Shown here: positions 29,996 to 38,765 of the stretch, one piece after another
Position numbering within the stretch: position 1 is the first letter of the stretch
Layout of the letters: each line of letters begins with the position of its first letter
Assembly: GCA_018970245.1 (NCBI GenBank)
Contig: JAGWWT010000004.1
Location: 785 to 64,784 of the forward strand
DNA length: 64,000 nucleotides
Direction: 5' to 3'
From: Patescibacteria group bacterium
GTDB lineage: Bacteria > Patescibacteriota > Minisyncoccia > Phycocordibacterales > PALSA-1337
Position numbers and translations under genes: made by a program
Notes under the pieces: generated by a model
What the model saw: only the letters and a program-made list of their open reading frames with translations
Databases searched by the model: none
Told to the model about the DNA's origin: nothing

Positions 29996-30222
29996 TATCC
30001 GCCTATACCCTCGAAGAAATCTTCACCGTTCGGCGTTCCGTGCATGGGTTCGTGCGCCTCTTCTTCTGCGGCATCCTCGTACCACGGCTCCTGAGCCTCG
30101 GCAACAGTTGGTGTCGCTTGCTCGGAGAACGGGTCAATGCTCTCGCATGAACCGTACTCCTGCGGTGCGCCCGATGGCGGGGTCGTTAGTGGAAAGCCGT
30201 TGTCTGGCATGTTGTTGGTCAT
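29995..30222 (-). CDS. Very acidic small protein (75 aa)
   Basis: About 16 Asp/Glu and almost no basic residues (EDAAEEEAHEP...). Confidence 0.4.
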   Translation of the reverse strand: MTNNMPDNGFPLTTPPSGAPQEYGSCESIDPFSEQATPTVAEAQEPWYEDAAEEEAHEPMHGTPNGEDFFEGIGG

Positions 30223-30231
30223 AAAATCTCC

Positions 30232-30969
30232 TTACCGAGTGCCGGATGCACCGAGAATATTTTGAAATGCCGACGTATCGAGATAATTTCCGGATTGGTC
30301 ACCGCCAGCCACTCCGTTGGTGCCATTCGCATTATCGCCCATACCGAATAATTTACGGCTGGCCGCGGCTCCGGCACCGCCGGCAAATGAACCGAGCGAC
30401 TGGGCGAAAATCGTGGAAAGGGCGGATGGCTGGTGAAGGTAATCCTGTTGGGCTTTCCATGTATCCCAGTCGAACGCATTTTGCTTTTGCGCAGCGGCGA
30501 GACCGGCTTGGCGTGCGGTTTGGTCCATCTCTGCGCCCTTCAGATTCGCGCCGATCATCGAGTTTTCTGCGGTGCGCTGGATCTGATTGGCATTAGCGGC
30601 CTGCACCGAAGCGTTGCTCGAAAACCGTGGGTTACTGGCGAGATCGGCTTGGGCTTTGTTCGCCTCGTTCTCGATCATTCCGGCGGTATGCGCCGCAGTG
30701 TCTTTACCTACGTGCGAATTAAGCTCTTCGTTGATGACCCCTTGTTCGAGTCCGGAATAAGGGTTGGGTGGATTGCCCAGCGAGTCACCGCTGGAGTTGC
30801 TGAACAGTCCGGCAGCGCCGCCGATAAGACCACCAACGCCAGCGCCTATCGCCGTACCAATACCGGGAACGATGCTGCCGATCTCGGCCCCTGTCGCCGC
30901 GCCGCCTAATGCACCTTCGCCTGCCGCACCCCAATTTGCCATAGCGTATAAAAAGCAAAAAGCGGCCAC
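30232..30969 (-). CDS. Gly/Ala-rich hypothetical protein, first gene of the structural operon
   Basis: Track ORF. The probable start is the Met of MANWGAAGEG... near 30942. Gly-Ala-rich N-terminus. Confidence 0.4.
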   Translation of the reverse strand: MAAFCFLYAMANWGAAGEGALGGAATGAEIGSIVPGIGTAIGAGVGGLIGGAAGLFSNSSGDSLGNPPNPYSGLEQGVINEELNSHVGKDTAAHTAGMIENEANKAQADLASNPRFSSNASVQAANANQIQRTAENSMIGANLKGAEMDQTARQAGLAAAQKQNAFDWDTWKAQQDYLHQPSALSTIFAQSLGSFAGGAGAAASRKLFGMGDNANGTNGVAGGDQSGNYLDTSAFQNILGASGTR

Positions 30970-31091
30970 GAAGCTTTTATGTGCTCCGCGCCGCTCCTGG
31001 ATTTATTCCAATCGCGAAATTAATCGATTAATGTACTATGGAAACTCAGGTGTGCGCGTGTTAGTTCTATTTGTATTCGAAAGGATACAAA

Positions 31092-31325
31092 ATGGCAGAA
31101 CGCACGGCGAAAGAGGGCGAGGAGAAATACGGAGACGTAGAATATGCCGACCCCAAGAACAAAGCCTACCCCGTAAATAGCCCAAGTCGAGTTAGGGCTG
31201 CATGGTCCTACATAAATATGCCGAAGAACGCCGCAAAGTATCCACGCAACGGGGTGTCGCTATCAAGTGTAAAAGCCCGGATTCGTAGCGCCGCCGCGAA
31301 GCATGGCGTTCACATCGGCTCGTAA
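31092..31325 (+). CDS. Small basic protein (77 aa), stand-alone transcription unit
   Basis: Track ORF 31071..31325 starts at TTG. The ATG at 31092 has a Shine-Dalgarno AAAGGA. Net positive charge. Followed by a bidirectional terminator. Confidence 0.45.
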   Translation: MAERTAKEGEEKYGDVEYADPKNKAYPVNSPSRVRAAWSYINMPKNAAKYPRNGVSLSSVKARIRSAAAKHGVHIGS

Positions 31326-31400
31326 AATGTTTTGGGACTAAATAAGCGATCTTCCAACTCTCACCGGAAGATCAAGAAATGTTGAAATAGAACGAGAAGC

Positions 31401-31436
31401 AAAACCCCCGACCTTACGACCGGGGGTTTTCTTTTT
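31401..31436. terminator. Bidirectional intrinsic terminator
   Basis: AAAACCCCCG-accttacgac-CGGGGGTTTTCTTTTT: a GC stem flanked by an A-run and a T-run, between convergent genes 31092..31325(+) and 31478..31726(-). Confidence 0.65.
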
Positions 31437-31477
31437 CACTAATTATAACAGAGGTGTGAGCCTCAAGGTGAGATGGA

Positions 31478-31726
31478 TTAAGCTTTTGATTCGCTGATCC
31501 ACATGCTGTCAAAGTATGTGGGAGCCAGATTGTCGTTTGGCAGCGGAAATGCCTTTTCGTGATAGCGTCTATGCTCCATCAAGCGTTCCCAGCGACCATT
31601 GCGTGGGTCGGCATCTATGTACCGCTGTACCGAATCATATCGGAGTGTCCCGGCATCGGCCCTGGTTTGATGGCGCGGTGCGTAGAGCGCCGAGCAGAGG
31701 ATTGCGATGTGTAAAATTGCATTCAT
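31478..31726 (-). CDS. Small membrane/secreted protein (82 aa)
   Basis: Hydrophobic N-terminus MNAILHIAILCSALYA. Second gene of the leftward early unit. Confidence 0.4.
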   Translation of the reverse strand: MNAILHIAILCSALYAPRHQTRADAGTLRYDSVQRYIDADPRNGRWERLMEHRRYHEKAFPLPNDNLAPTYFDSMWISESKA

Positions 31727-31761
31727 GCTCGGCGGTCAGTTCAACCGGCGTGCCAAACGCA

Positions 31762-32382
31762 CTATCTCGGCGAGCGCGTGTTGGCTGGAGCCTCTTCGGG
31801 TTCTGGGCCGCCGACACCGTTAGTAGTGCCACCGGCGTGACCCGTTACGCCGCCGGGCTGATTGAATGCACCACGGACAGTATATCCTGCGGGCATCTGC
31901 ACGATTGGCGATGGCTCGCCCGGCGTTTTCAGGTCTGGCGCACCGCCGCGTGAAGCAAGCTCGGTGGTCGCAAGCCCAGCGCCAGAATTCTCGACCGGGC
32001 CGCCACCCGGCGCATAGCCCGCGAAGTTGCCGCCAAAAGCCTGGCGCTCGGCTTGACGAGTGGCCAATGGTTGCTCGTTATAGCCCTCCCATTTTTCAGA
32101 GTAAGTATCGGGGCCCGGCAGCCTCGTCTCGCCCGTGATCTGGTCGGCCGGATCCTTTGGGTGCGTGACTATCGTATGATGTTCGGTATGCTGCACATAG
32201 CCGCCGCCCTCTTCGCCAGGAGAAAGAACGCCGCCTCCGCCGCCGCCAACTACGTGCGCCGGCATACCTTCACCGATCCCAGCGGAATGCTGGACGCCGT
32301 AGTTGTGGAAGATCGGGCTGGTCTCGAAATCGTGGGTTTCGCTTTCGCCGACACCGGGGCCGGCTCCTGGAATGTAGCTCAT
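31762..32382 (-). CDS. Gly/Pro-rich low-complexity protein (206 aa)
   Basis: ORF starting next to the divergent promoter region. GGGGGV runs. Confidence 0.4.
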   Translation of the reverse strand: MSYIPGAGPGVGESETHDFETSPIFHNYGVQHSAGIGEGMPAHVVGGGGGGVLSPGEEGGGYVQHTEHHTIVTHPKDPADQITGETRLPGPDTYSEKWEGYNEQPLATRQAERQAFGGNFAGYAPGGGPVENSGAGLATTELASRGGAPDLKTPGEPSPIVQMPAGYTVRGAFNQPGGVTGHAGGTTNGVGGPEPEEAPANTRSPR

Positions 32383-32542
32383 AGGTTAATTCGAATTAAA
32401 GTTACCAAGTTTCAGTCCGGGGCGGCCTGCGCGTAAAAGAAAACGACGATTGTAAAAAGATGGTTCGGATGAGTTATCCATAGCGTGGAAAGATTTTGTA
32501 GAAAACTATTTTCATTATTTTACGGAATGTTAATAATTCCTC

Positions 32543-32570
32543 TTGACAATCGGAAAATATTCTGTATATT
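32543..32570 (+). promoter_or_regulatory. Sigma70-type promoter (TTGACA-16 nt-TATATT) for rightward early operon
   Basis: Exact -35 TTGACA at 32543-32548 and -10 TATATT at 32565-32570, in an AT-rich divergent region. Confidence 0.5.
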
Positions 32571-32582
32571 GTAGTGTTATAT

Positions 32583-32800
32583 TTTTACGGGGTTCGGCAA
32601 ACCCCGGCGAGAATGAAATAGCGCCCCTGTTTCTTTGTCGCTCCTGCTCTGATACAATAAATTTTTCTTACGCACCCGAACCCCATGTTCGGGGGCACAC
32701 TCGCACGGATTCTTCAGAGCCTCCGTCTCGGGCGAAGTAGTTCGCTCGGTTTGCAAACCGCCTCGCCAGCGGAGTGTGCCCCTGGTCATGGGGTTCTTAT
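32583..32800 (+). ncRNA. Highly structured about 220-nt 5-prime leader / candidate regulatory RNA
   Basis: Hairpin CGGGGTT-cggca-AACCCCG at 32587-32605. Long nested helix GAACCCCATG..GGGGCACACTC...GAGTGTGCCCC..CATGGGGTTC at 32678-32796, with an internal GGTTTGCAAACC palindrome. Confidence 0.35.
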
Positions 32801-32813
32801 TTTCAGTTTGCAA

Positions 32814-33126
32814 AATGGACGAGACCGCCCCGGTCGCTACGGATGAGCAGCGACCAAAGACCGAAACCGAGAAATTCAACGAAATGCGCGCATTTTATGT
32901 ATTCCGCGCACGCCAGATCGTCGAAATCATGCGATCGGCTAAAGATGTACTCTACGATCAGATGATCCGCATTGGCAAATGCGAGAATTATGCCGAACTC
33001 AATCAGGAGCAGTTCGACCTGCAATCGGGCGTAGCCGATGTCTGCAATATCATCCACCGCTTCAATGCTGGAATCCTCCGCACCGAAGAGCAGCAAGTTA
33101 ATAATATTGAAGTTGTGAAAGGATAG
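32814..33126 (+). CDS. Hypothetical early protein
   Basis: Track ORF 32776..33126 starts at GTG inside the leader helix. The ATG at 32814 is more plausible. Confidence 0.4.
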
Positions 33127-33156
33127 CTATGGCAAAAACACTGAGGCAGATTATGG

Positions 33157-33672
33157 ATGAGCGTCGAGCAGAGTCCAATGCAAGCCTTCAGCGGCCTGCA
33201 TTGGACGCCAGAGGAGGTCGCAACAATGATGAAGCACGCGATGCCAAAAACCGCAGATTCGGTCGGCGCGATTGTCAAGTCGATGCCCAAATACAACGCG
33301 CCGACCGAAGAAATAACTGAGTGGTTCTTCTACGCGAGCGCATTTCTTCGTCCATTCTTGGAAAGTTACACCGAGTACGAATTTTTGGAACCGGGCTTCC
33401 TCGAAGCCATGAATGATATTGGCCGGTACGGTCACGAAAAATACGGTAAGAATTCTTACCAGCGTCGGCGCGAATTGGGTGACCGTTCGCGAAGTTCCAA
33501 GCGCGTAACGAAATGGGCGTTATTCAAGCATGGGGTGAGGCATTGGATCGCCTACCTATTGGGTGACAAGCATGACCATTTCGGAACCCGTGAGCACAAT
33601 TTGGCCGCGGTCGCTTTCAATGTGATGATGGAATATTATTTCATGGAAGGAGCGCACGATGCCATACGCTGA
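33157..33672 (+). CDS. Hypothetical protein (171 aa)
   Basis: ORF. Possible nucleotide-pyrophosphohydrolase-like helical protein, unsupported. Confidence 0.45.
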   Translation: MSVEQSPMQAFSGLHWTPEEVATMMKHAMPKTADSVGAIVKSMPKYNAPTEEITEWFFYASAFLRPFLESYTEYEFLEPGFLEAMNDIGRYGHEKYGKNSYQRRRELGDRSRSSKRVTKWALFKHGVRHWIAYLLGDKHDHFGTREHNLAAVAFNVMMEYYFMEGAHDAIR

Positions 33673-34159
33673 AAACACATCCGTCTCGGTCGAGAAGTCG
33701 CGCGCCGAAATCGAGTCGCTACTACGAAAATTCTGGGCACTGGAAAACGCCAGGCAACCCGGCAAATACCCGCCCATGCGCTTTCAGTTTTACTCGGATA
33801 ACATTGGCGCAGAAATCACCTTCACGCTTCGCGACAAGACAATTCGAATCTCGCTGCCGCTGCCCGATCCGAGTTCAAAAGAATTTACGCAAAAAATCCT
33901 TTACGGAAAAGTAAAAAAGAACGACCCATCGAAAGCCTACGCCCTATGGGAACAAGCGTGTCGGACGCGGTGGCGTGCGCTGGCGCTGTCGATTAAATCC
34001 ACGCTGACGGACATCGAAGCGGGCATCAAGACGTTCGAGATCGCCTTCCTTGCATATTTTATGATGCAGGACGGCAAAACGATAGGCGAACACATCATTC
34101 CTCGTCTTGATGAAGCGGTAGGCGATTCGAAATTACTTTTGCCCGAAAGGACCGCTTGA
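33659..34159 (+). CDS. Hypothetical protein (166 aa)
   Basis: ORF overlapping neighbours. Immediately upstream of the helicase. Confidence 0.45.
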   Translation: MPYAENTSVSVEKSRAEIESLLRKFWALENARQPGKYPPMRFQFYSDNIGAEITFTLRDKTIRISLPLPDPSSKEFTQKILYGKVKKNDPSKAYALWEQACRTRWRALALSIKSTLTDIEAGIKTFEIAFLAYFMMQDGKTIGEHIIPRLDEAVGDSKLLLPERTA

Positions 34160-35682
34160 TGCCAGAAAAGTATGACACCCTAAAACGTCTGCGCGAGATC
34201 GATGAGCGCAGGCAACGACTGTATTCGGGCGGATTAGTGCCACCACAGGCCGTAGATGCCGAAGAGGCGCTACTTGGCGCAATGCTCATCGATAAGGGTT
34301 CGCAGAATCGCGCATTCTCTATGATCGGCCCACGGACATCGGACGACAGCCCATTTTACCGCGAAGGCAATTCCCTTATTTATTTTGCTATGCTCTCGCT
34401 GGCCGACCGGCAAGAGGGTATAGATTTGCTCACAGTAAAAAACGAGCTTTTACGAATGAATGCCCTCGATAAAGTTCGATGCGGCAGTCATCCCGCAGAC
34501 GGCGGACACGGGTATTTCGACGGTGTCGATGCGCTCGTATATCTTACGACGCACAGCCTCGTTACGACCGTCAATGTCGAAAGCTATATCCGCACGATAC
34601 TCGATAAGCACATGCGGCGCAAAATAATCGAGATCAGCGAACGGGGAAAGCTCGCGGCCTACGATAACGCAGGTGAACTGTTGGGGGCGGACATAGCTGA
34701 CTGGCAGATGAACGACCTGATGGATGCCGTTACCGATCGGGAGCAAACCGGTGCCAAGCACGCACGGGCGGCGTGGGATGAACTATGGAAAGAGATCCAG
34801 ACACCGGCGCCGGATGGGATGCGGGGAATACCTACGGGTATTTTTGCTTTCGATGACATGATGGGCGGCATCCGGTTCGGCGAAGAGACCGTGGTGGCCG
34901 CCCTGACATCCCGGGGAAAAACAGCTTTTGCTACGCAGGTAGCCCGGGAACACATGGATCGTGGCGGATGGGTGTTCGTCACATCCCTCGAAACCAAGGC
35001 TACCAAGCTTTTGCTTCGAATACTCGCGGCTGAAATGGGTATCGAGAACCGGGCGTTGGAACGTGGCGATCTATCCACGCAGGAGTTTGTTGATGTAAAA
35101 CAAGCTATCCAGAGGCTCAAGGGGTTGCCCCTCTATATCGACGATAGCGGTTCGCGTACCCCATTCGACATACGGACCGAGCTTCGAAGGGTGGCCAGCA
35201 AACAAAAGGGTCAAGGGCTGGTAATATTCGACTACCTTCAGCTTATCGGTGGTGTCGGTAAGTTCGAGAGCCGGGAGCGTGAGGTGACGACGGTGAACCG
35301 GCAGCTTCGGGCAATGGTCAAGGATTTTGACGTAGCTAACCTGACCCTATCCCAATTCAATCGAGGGGCTAAAGATGATCGCGAGCCGTCCATGAGCGAC
35401 TTGCGGGAATCCGGGGCGATCGAGCAGGATGCCAGGTCCATCATTTTCCTGCATTACCCATACCGCAACGAGGACCCGGTAGTCAGACGAGTCGAACCCG
35501 TAGCCCTTATTCTCGCCAAGAACGACGGCGGACAGGTGGGTAAGGTCGAATGTGACTTCCATAAGCATTTATGCCGGTTTACCGAACATGGATCCACGCT
35601 GGATTCGGTGGCTATGAGGAGACAAGGGCTGACCTCGGTACAACCGATAGCAGGTCCGGAAGTGACGGAGGACGCGTTCTAA
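34156..35682 (+). CDS. dnaB: Replicative DNA helicase, DnaB family
   Basis: N-terminal AEEALLGAMLID. Walker A SRGKTAF, LVIFDYLQLI, SQFNRG, and RESGAIEQDARSIIFL motifs match DnaB. Confidence 0.85.
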   Translation: MMPEKYDTLKRLREIDERRQRLYSGGLVPPQAVDAEEALLGAMLIDKGSQNRAFSMIGPRTSDDSPFYREGNSLIYFAMLSLADRQEGIDLLTVKNELLRMNALDKVRCGSHPADGGHGYFDGVDALVYLTTHSLVTTVNVESYIRTILDKHMRRKIIEISERGKLAAYDNAGELLGADIADWQMNDLMDAVTDREQTGAKHARAAWDELWKEIQTPAPDGMRGIPTGIFAFDDMMGGIRFGEETVVAALTSRGKTAFATQVAREHMDRGGWVFVTSLETKATKLLLRILAAEMGIENRALERGDLSTQEFVDVKQAIQRLKGLPLYIDDSGSRTPFDIRTELRRVASKQKGQGLVIFDYLQLIGGVGKFESREREVTTVNRQLRAMVKDFDVANLTLSQFNRGAKDDREPSMSDLRESGAIEQDARSIIFLHYPYRNEDPVVRRVEPVALILAKNDGGQVGKVECDFHKHLCRFTEHGSTLDSVAMRRQGLTSVQPIAGPEVTEDAF

Positions 35683-35712
35683 ACAACAAATTTTATACTC
35701 GCCCAAGACAAA

Positions 35713-36546
35713 ATGGTGTACTACGACAGATGGTTTCCACATGACGCAAACGCCTCCCGCGATCCCAAGATACGGGCACTTATAGCTGAGTTCGGATGGG
35801 AAGCGTATGGCTGGTTCTGGGATATACTCGAACAACTGCACAATACCCCAACTCACAGCATAGCATGGGATCAGAAATACGTCAAAATAAGCATGGCAAG
35901 CGAATTTCGAACGACCGTTGAACGCCTGTCAACGGTCGTTGAACGGATGTTGAACGACCTTCAGCTACTCTACCTCGAAAACGGTAGTCTGCGATCAAAA
36001 GGTATGGATAGGCATATAGAAAACGCTTCCAATAAGAAAGCGCAGGCGTCTGCCGCAGGGAAAGCGAGTGCCGAAAAACGAGCAGAATCGAAGAAAGAGG
36101 CCAACGACCGTTCAACGACCGTTGAACAACCGATGAGCGACCGTTCAACGCCAGTTCAACGGAAATCCAGCGAGAAAGAAGAGAAAGAGGAGAAAGAAAG
36201 AAAGAGAGGGGGACGCGCGCGAACGGTTTCGAGCATTCCACCCGCGATCGAGGATATCCAGAAATACGCCGAGGGACTTCGAGACGGCGTGTACCCGATC
36301 GAAAGCCAGTACAGGGCCAACGCCGTAAGCCAAGTTAGCAAGTTTTTCGATAATTACACCGCAAACGGCTGGAAAGTGAACAAAAACCCGATGAAAGACT
36401 GGCAGGCAACGTACCGAAACTGGCTAAGGCGAGAGAAAGATTTTGGTCAAAACAAGCTGGAAACGCCAAAAACAGCCTCAGTACCCACCTACCAGCCTCA
36501 ACCTCGAAGACAGCAGCGTCAACCAGAAGCCGTTCCCATGTTTTAA
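35713..36546 (+). CDS. Replisome organizer / replication initiation protein (DUF4373-like N-terminus)
   Basis: N-terminus YYDRWFPHD...DPKIRALIAEFGWEAYGWFWDILEQL. Internal DNA repeats of GACCGTT(G/C)AAC encode the repeated TTVE/STVVE/STPVQ peptides. Confidence 0.55.
   Translation: MVYYDRWFPHDANASRDPKIRALIAEFGWEAYGWFWDILEQLHNTPTHSIAWDQKYVKISMASEFRTTVERLSTVVERMLNDLQLLYLENGSLRSKGMDRHIENASNKKAQASAAGKASAEKRAESKKEANDRSTTVEQPMSDRSTPVQRKSSEKEEKEEKERKRGGRARTVSSIPPAIEDIQKYAEGLRDGVYPIESQYRANAVSQVSKFFDNYTANGWKVNKNPMKDWQATYRNWLRREKDFGQNKLETPKTASVPTYQPQPRRQQRQPEAVPMF
35905..36160. repeat. Iteron-like array (about 7 copies of CGACCGTT(G/C)AAC in both orientations) inside the replisome-organizer gene; candidate origin
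   Basis: Copies near 35912, 35928 (inverted), 35936, 36106, 36117, 36139, 36150. Confidence 0.4.
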
Positions 36547-36959
36547 CACGAGCGGTGTGCGGCGGGGTTGCGGACGAGATTCAGGCTTTCGTTTTAAGGC
36601 CGTTTCCGTGACCGTGGTTGATTAGAAATAGGTGAACCTATGTCAGATATAGGGTCGGGTTTAGAAAACGGTTTATAGGGCAAATGTGAAAGGATTTCAA
36701 AATTTCGGCATCCGTGGGTGAGAATGTAATACGTGGCGCACGCGACCGGCGCGTCGCTAAGACACCCCCGCGGGGTCAAAAATAAGCATTCTTTTTTGTA
36801 TTAATTTTGGTATAAAAAGTATAAAATTATGGAATCTAAGAACAAACATTATGTAAAGCCCTGAAATTCGCACGCATTCGCCAATTTTAGGCCGAATGCC
36901 CATAACTTGTATTATGTAAACTGTTTCAATGAGACAACAACACAGTTTTCCACAGGTTG

Positions 36960-36985
36960 TTCACATGTTATCAACAGGATGTGAA
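36960..36985. promoter_or_regulatory. Operator-like inverted repeat TTCACAT-N12-ATGTGAA upstream of HTH regulator gene
   Basis: A perfect 7-bp inverted repeat 44 bp upstream of the 37029 start, within an AT-rich region. Confidence 0.3.
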
Positions 36986-37028
36986 TAACTTCTACGGAGA
37001 CTGCCAATTTATCCCACAATAACCCACC

Positions 37029-37274
37029 ATGAACTTACCACATTCTACCACTTTCCCCCAAGACGTTGCACGTTTGATGCGACAATCGAGGATCATGCGT
37101 AACCTTACGGTGGCAAGTTGTGCCCGTTGCGCAGGAGTGCATGAGGCAACTTGGCGAAGGTACGAGGCCGGCAAGGTTGCGTTTAGCGAACGTATGCTGT
37201 CTAATATCGAACGTGGCTTGAACATCCGGATCAAACCCGTGTTCGAATGGGGGGACGATTTTATGTTAATATAG
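37029..37274 (+). CDS. HTH (XRE/Cro-CI type) transcriptional regulator
   Basis: An 81-aa ORF with LTVASCARCAGVHEATWRRYEAGK helix-turn-helix, flanked by about 480-bp and 500-bp non-coding regions. Confidence 0.65.
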   Translation: MNLPHSTTFPQDVARLMRQSRIMRNLTVASCARCAGVHEATWRRYEAGKVAFSERMLSNIERGLNIRIKPVFEWGDDFMLI

Positions 37275-37286
37275 CCCGATCCATTC

Positions 37287-37315
37287 TTCCGAAAATTTTC
37301 CGAACTTCTTCCGAA
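37287..37315. promoter_or_regulatory. Three direct TTCCGAA repeats with exact 11-bp phasing
   Basis: TTCCGAA at 37287, 37298 and 37309, 12 bp downstream of the HTH gene stop. Confidence 0.35.
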
Positions 37316-37833
37316 GTTTGGCACGCCGTTGGTACTACTCCCCCGCGTAAGTTCACTAAACAATACAGGAGGAATAAGGCACCTAACGGGACACGGGTTT
37401 GCACCCCGAAAAGATACGGTTCAGGATTTTGAGCGTTCTGGATTGTATGACAATAGCAAAAATTCCTTTTCTTTGAGGCACGCTTTGGGATATATCGGAA
37501 CACGGGTTCCGGTCACTATGAAAGAGACACCAAAAGGCACCTGGATAAGATTAAGCTAAGGCAATTAGCGGGAAGCTTAGGGAATCGCAAGCGACAAAGC
37601 TTTGATCCGGGTCTGTGTTAATGTCCGCCGGTTAGCTTTGGCAAACACGTAAAACCCTAAGAAGCTCAGTTTACCGATTTTCGCAATGTATCTACTACAT
37701 TGCTCCTAAGCTGACGGAAGCTGTTAGCAGGTTTACCGATCCTTTAAAATCGCAACTCCGAACCCGTAAGGCAATGAAAATTTGCGCGGCTCGTAACCGC
37801 TTCGGAGTTCTACTTTTCACTAATTATTTTTCG

Positions 37834-38148
37834 ATGGAGAGAACGAACATGCAAAAATTCAACGCAAAGAAATTCCGTGAAATCGTGGATGAAAAATTTC
37901 CGTACATTCCGGAAGATGCTGAAAAAATGATTATCAACCGTGAAGCAACGCGCCCGAATGCCGCAGCTCTCTCTGTTGAGAGTTACGGAATGTTAGCACT
38001 CGCCGCTGTTGCGGGGTATATTCGGCATAAGAAAACCAATTACGATGCTCTGTTAGGGATGAACCTAACGAGAGATCAAGCGAAAAACAGGGTTCGTGTT
38101 CAGGTCATGGAGATCGAACGCCGTTGGGGTTTGCAGGAGTGCTTTTGA
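37834..38148 (+). CDS. Hypothetical protein
   Basis: Track ORF 37774..38148. Probable start at Met 37834 or 37849 (MERTNMQKF...). Confidence 0.45.
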   Translation: MERTNMQKFNAKKFREIVDEKFPYIPEDAEKMIINREATRPNAAALSVESYGMLALAAVAGYIRHKKTNYDALLGMNLTRDQAKNRVRVQVMEIERRWGLQECF

Positions 38149-38198
38149 CATCGGGACGAATTCGAAATCTTACGCAACAATTTTCAGGAGGGACACTA

Positions 38199-38348
38199 AT
38201 GAAACAGGATGAGTATTTCCGCTACGTAGCGGCATGGAATGACCTTTTGAGTGAGTTCGGCATTCGCGCCATGTTTGCCGGACTCCGTGACATTGAGGGA
38301 CCGGAAAGGGATTTTGATGAATTCACTTTATCCAAACAGGAGAACTGA
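38199..38348 (+). CDS. Small hypothetical protein (49 aa)
   Basis: Internal Met of track ORF 38124..38348, with a strong Shine-Dalgarno CAGGAGGG. Confidence 0.4.
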   Translation: MKQDEYFRYVAAWNDLLSEFGIRAMFAGLRDIEGPERDFDEFTLSKQEN

Positions 38349-38351
38349 ACT

Positions 38352-38609
38352 ATGCAATATGCAGGAAAAGAAGTTTCGGCGCTCGCCGTTTCGGAAACAG
38401 CCCGAATGCTACGGTATTACCGGCGGTTCATTCGTGAAGGATTGCCAGGCCAACAGTGCAGAGATTTAGAGGATGAATGGCGATCCAACACCTTCACCAA
38501 AGAACAGGCACAACAGCGTTTGAGCTTTTTGGTGAATGTGGCGATCAATAGGAAAGCCGGTTTGCCAGACATTACGCCCGAAGAAGAAGAATTTCGGAAC
38601 CCGTATTGA
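38352..38609 (+). CDS. Hypothetical protein (85 aa)
   Basis: ORF with Shine-Dalgarno CAGGAG. Confidence 0.5.
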   Translation: MQYAGKEVSALAVSETARMLRYYRRFIREGLPGQQCRDLEDEWRSNTFTKEQAQQRLSFLVNVAINRKAGLPDITPEEEEFRNPY

Positions 38610-38765
38610 TTGAAACGATCCGGGCGAATGAGTATCTATTCCAGGCTAACGGCGAGTTCGCGCCGGAAGGTGAACCCGTGGCTGCCTAAGTTGTCAAAGA
38701 ACATTCACCACATACCAACAGCAAAAGCGAGTCACTAATTCACTGAATAACAGGAGAGAAACAAC

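Noticed and set aside
32776-32813. GTG start of the first early ORF
   Set aside because: It lies within the 3-prime arm of the long leader helix and lacks a Shine-Dalgarno site. The downstream ATG at 32814 is more plausible, though neither is certain.
37754-37809. tRNA gene in the second non-coding region
   Set aside because: The 9-bp stem encloses only about 40 nt with one inner hairpin. No cloverleaf (D/anticodon/T arms) or GGTTCGAATCC-like T-loop could be built here or in the other structured regions.
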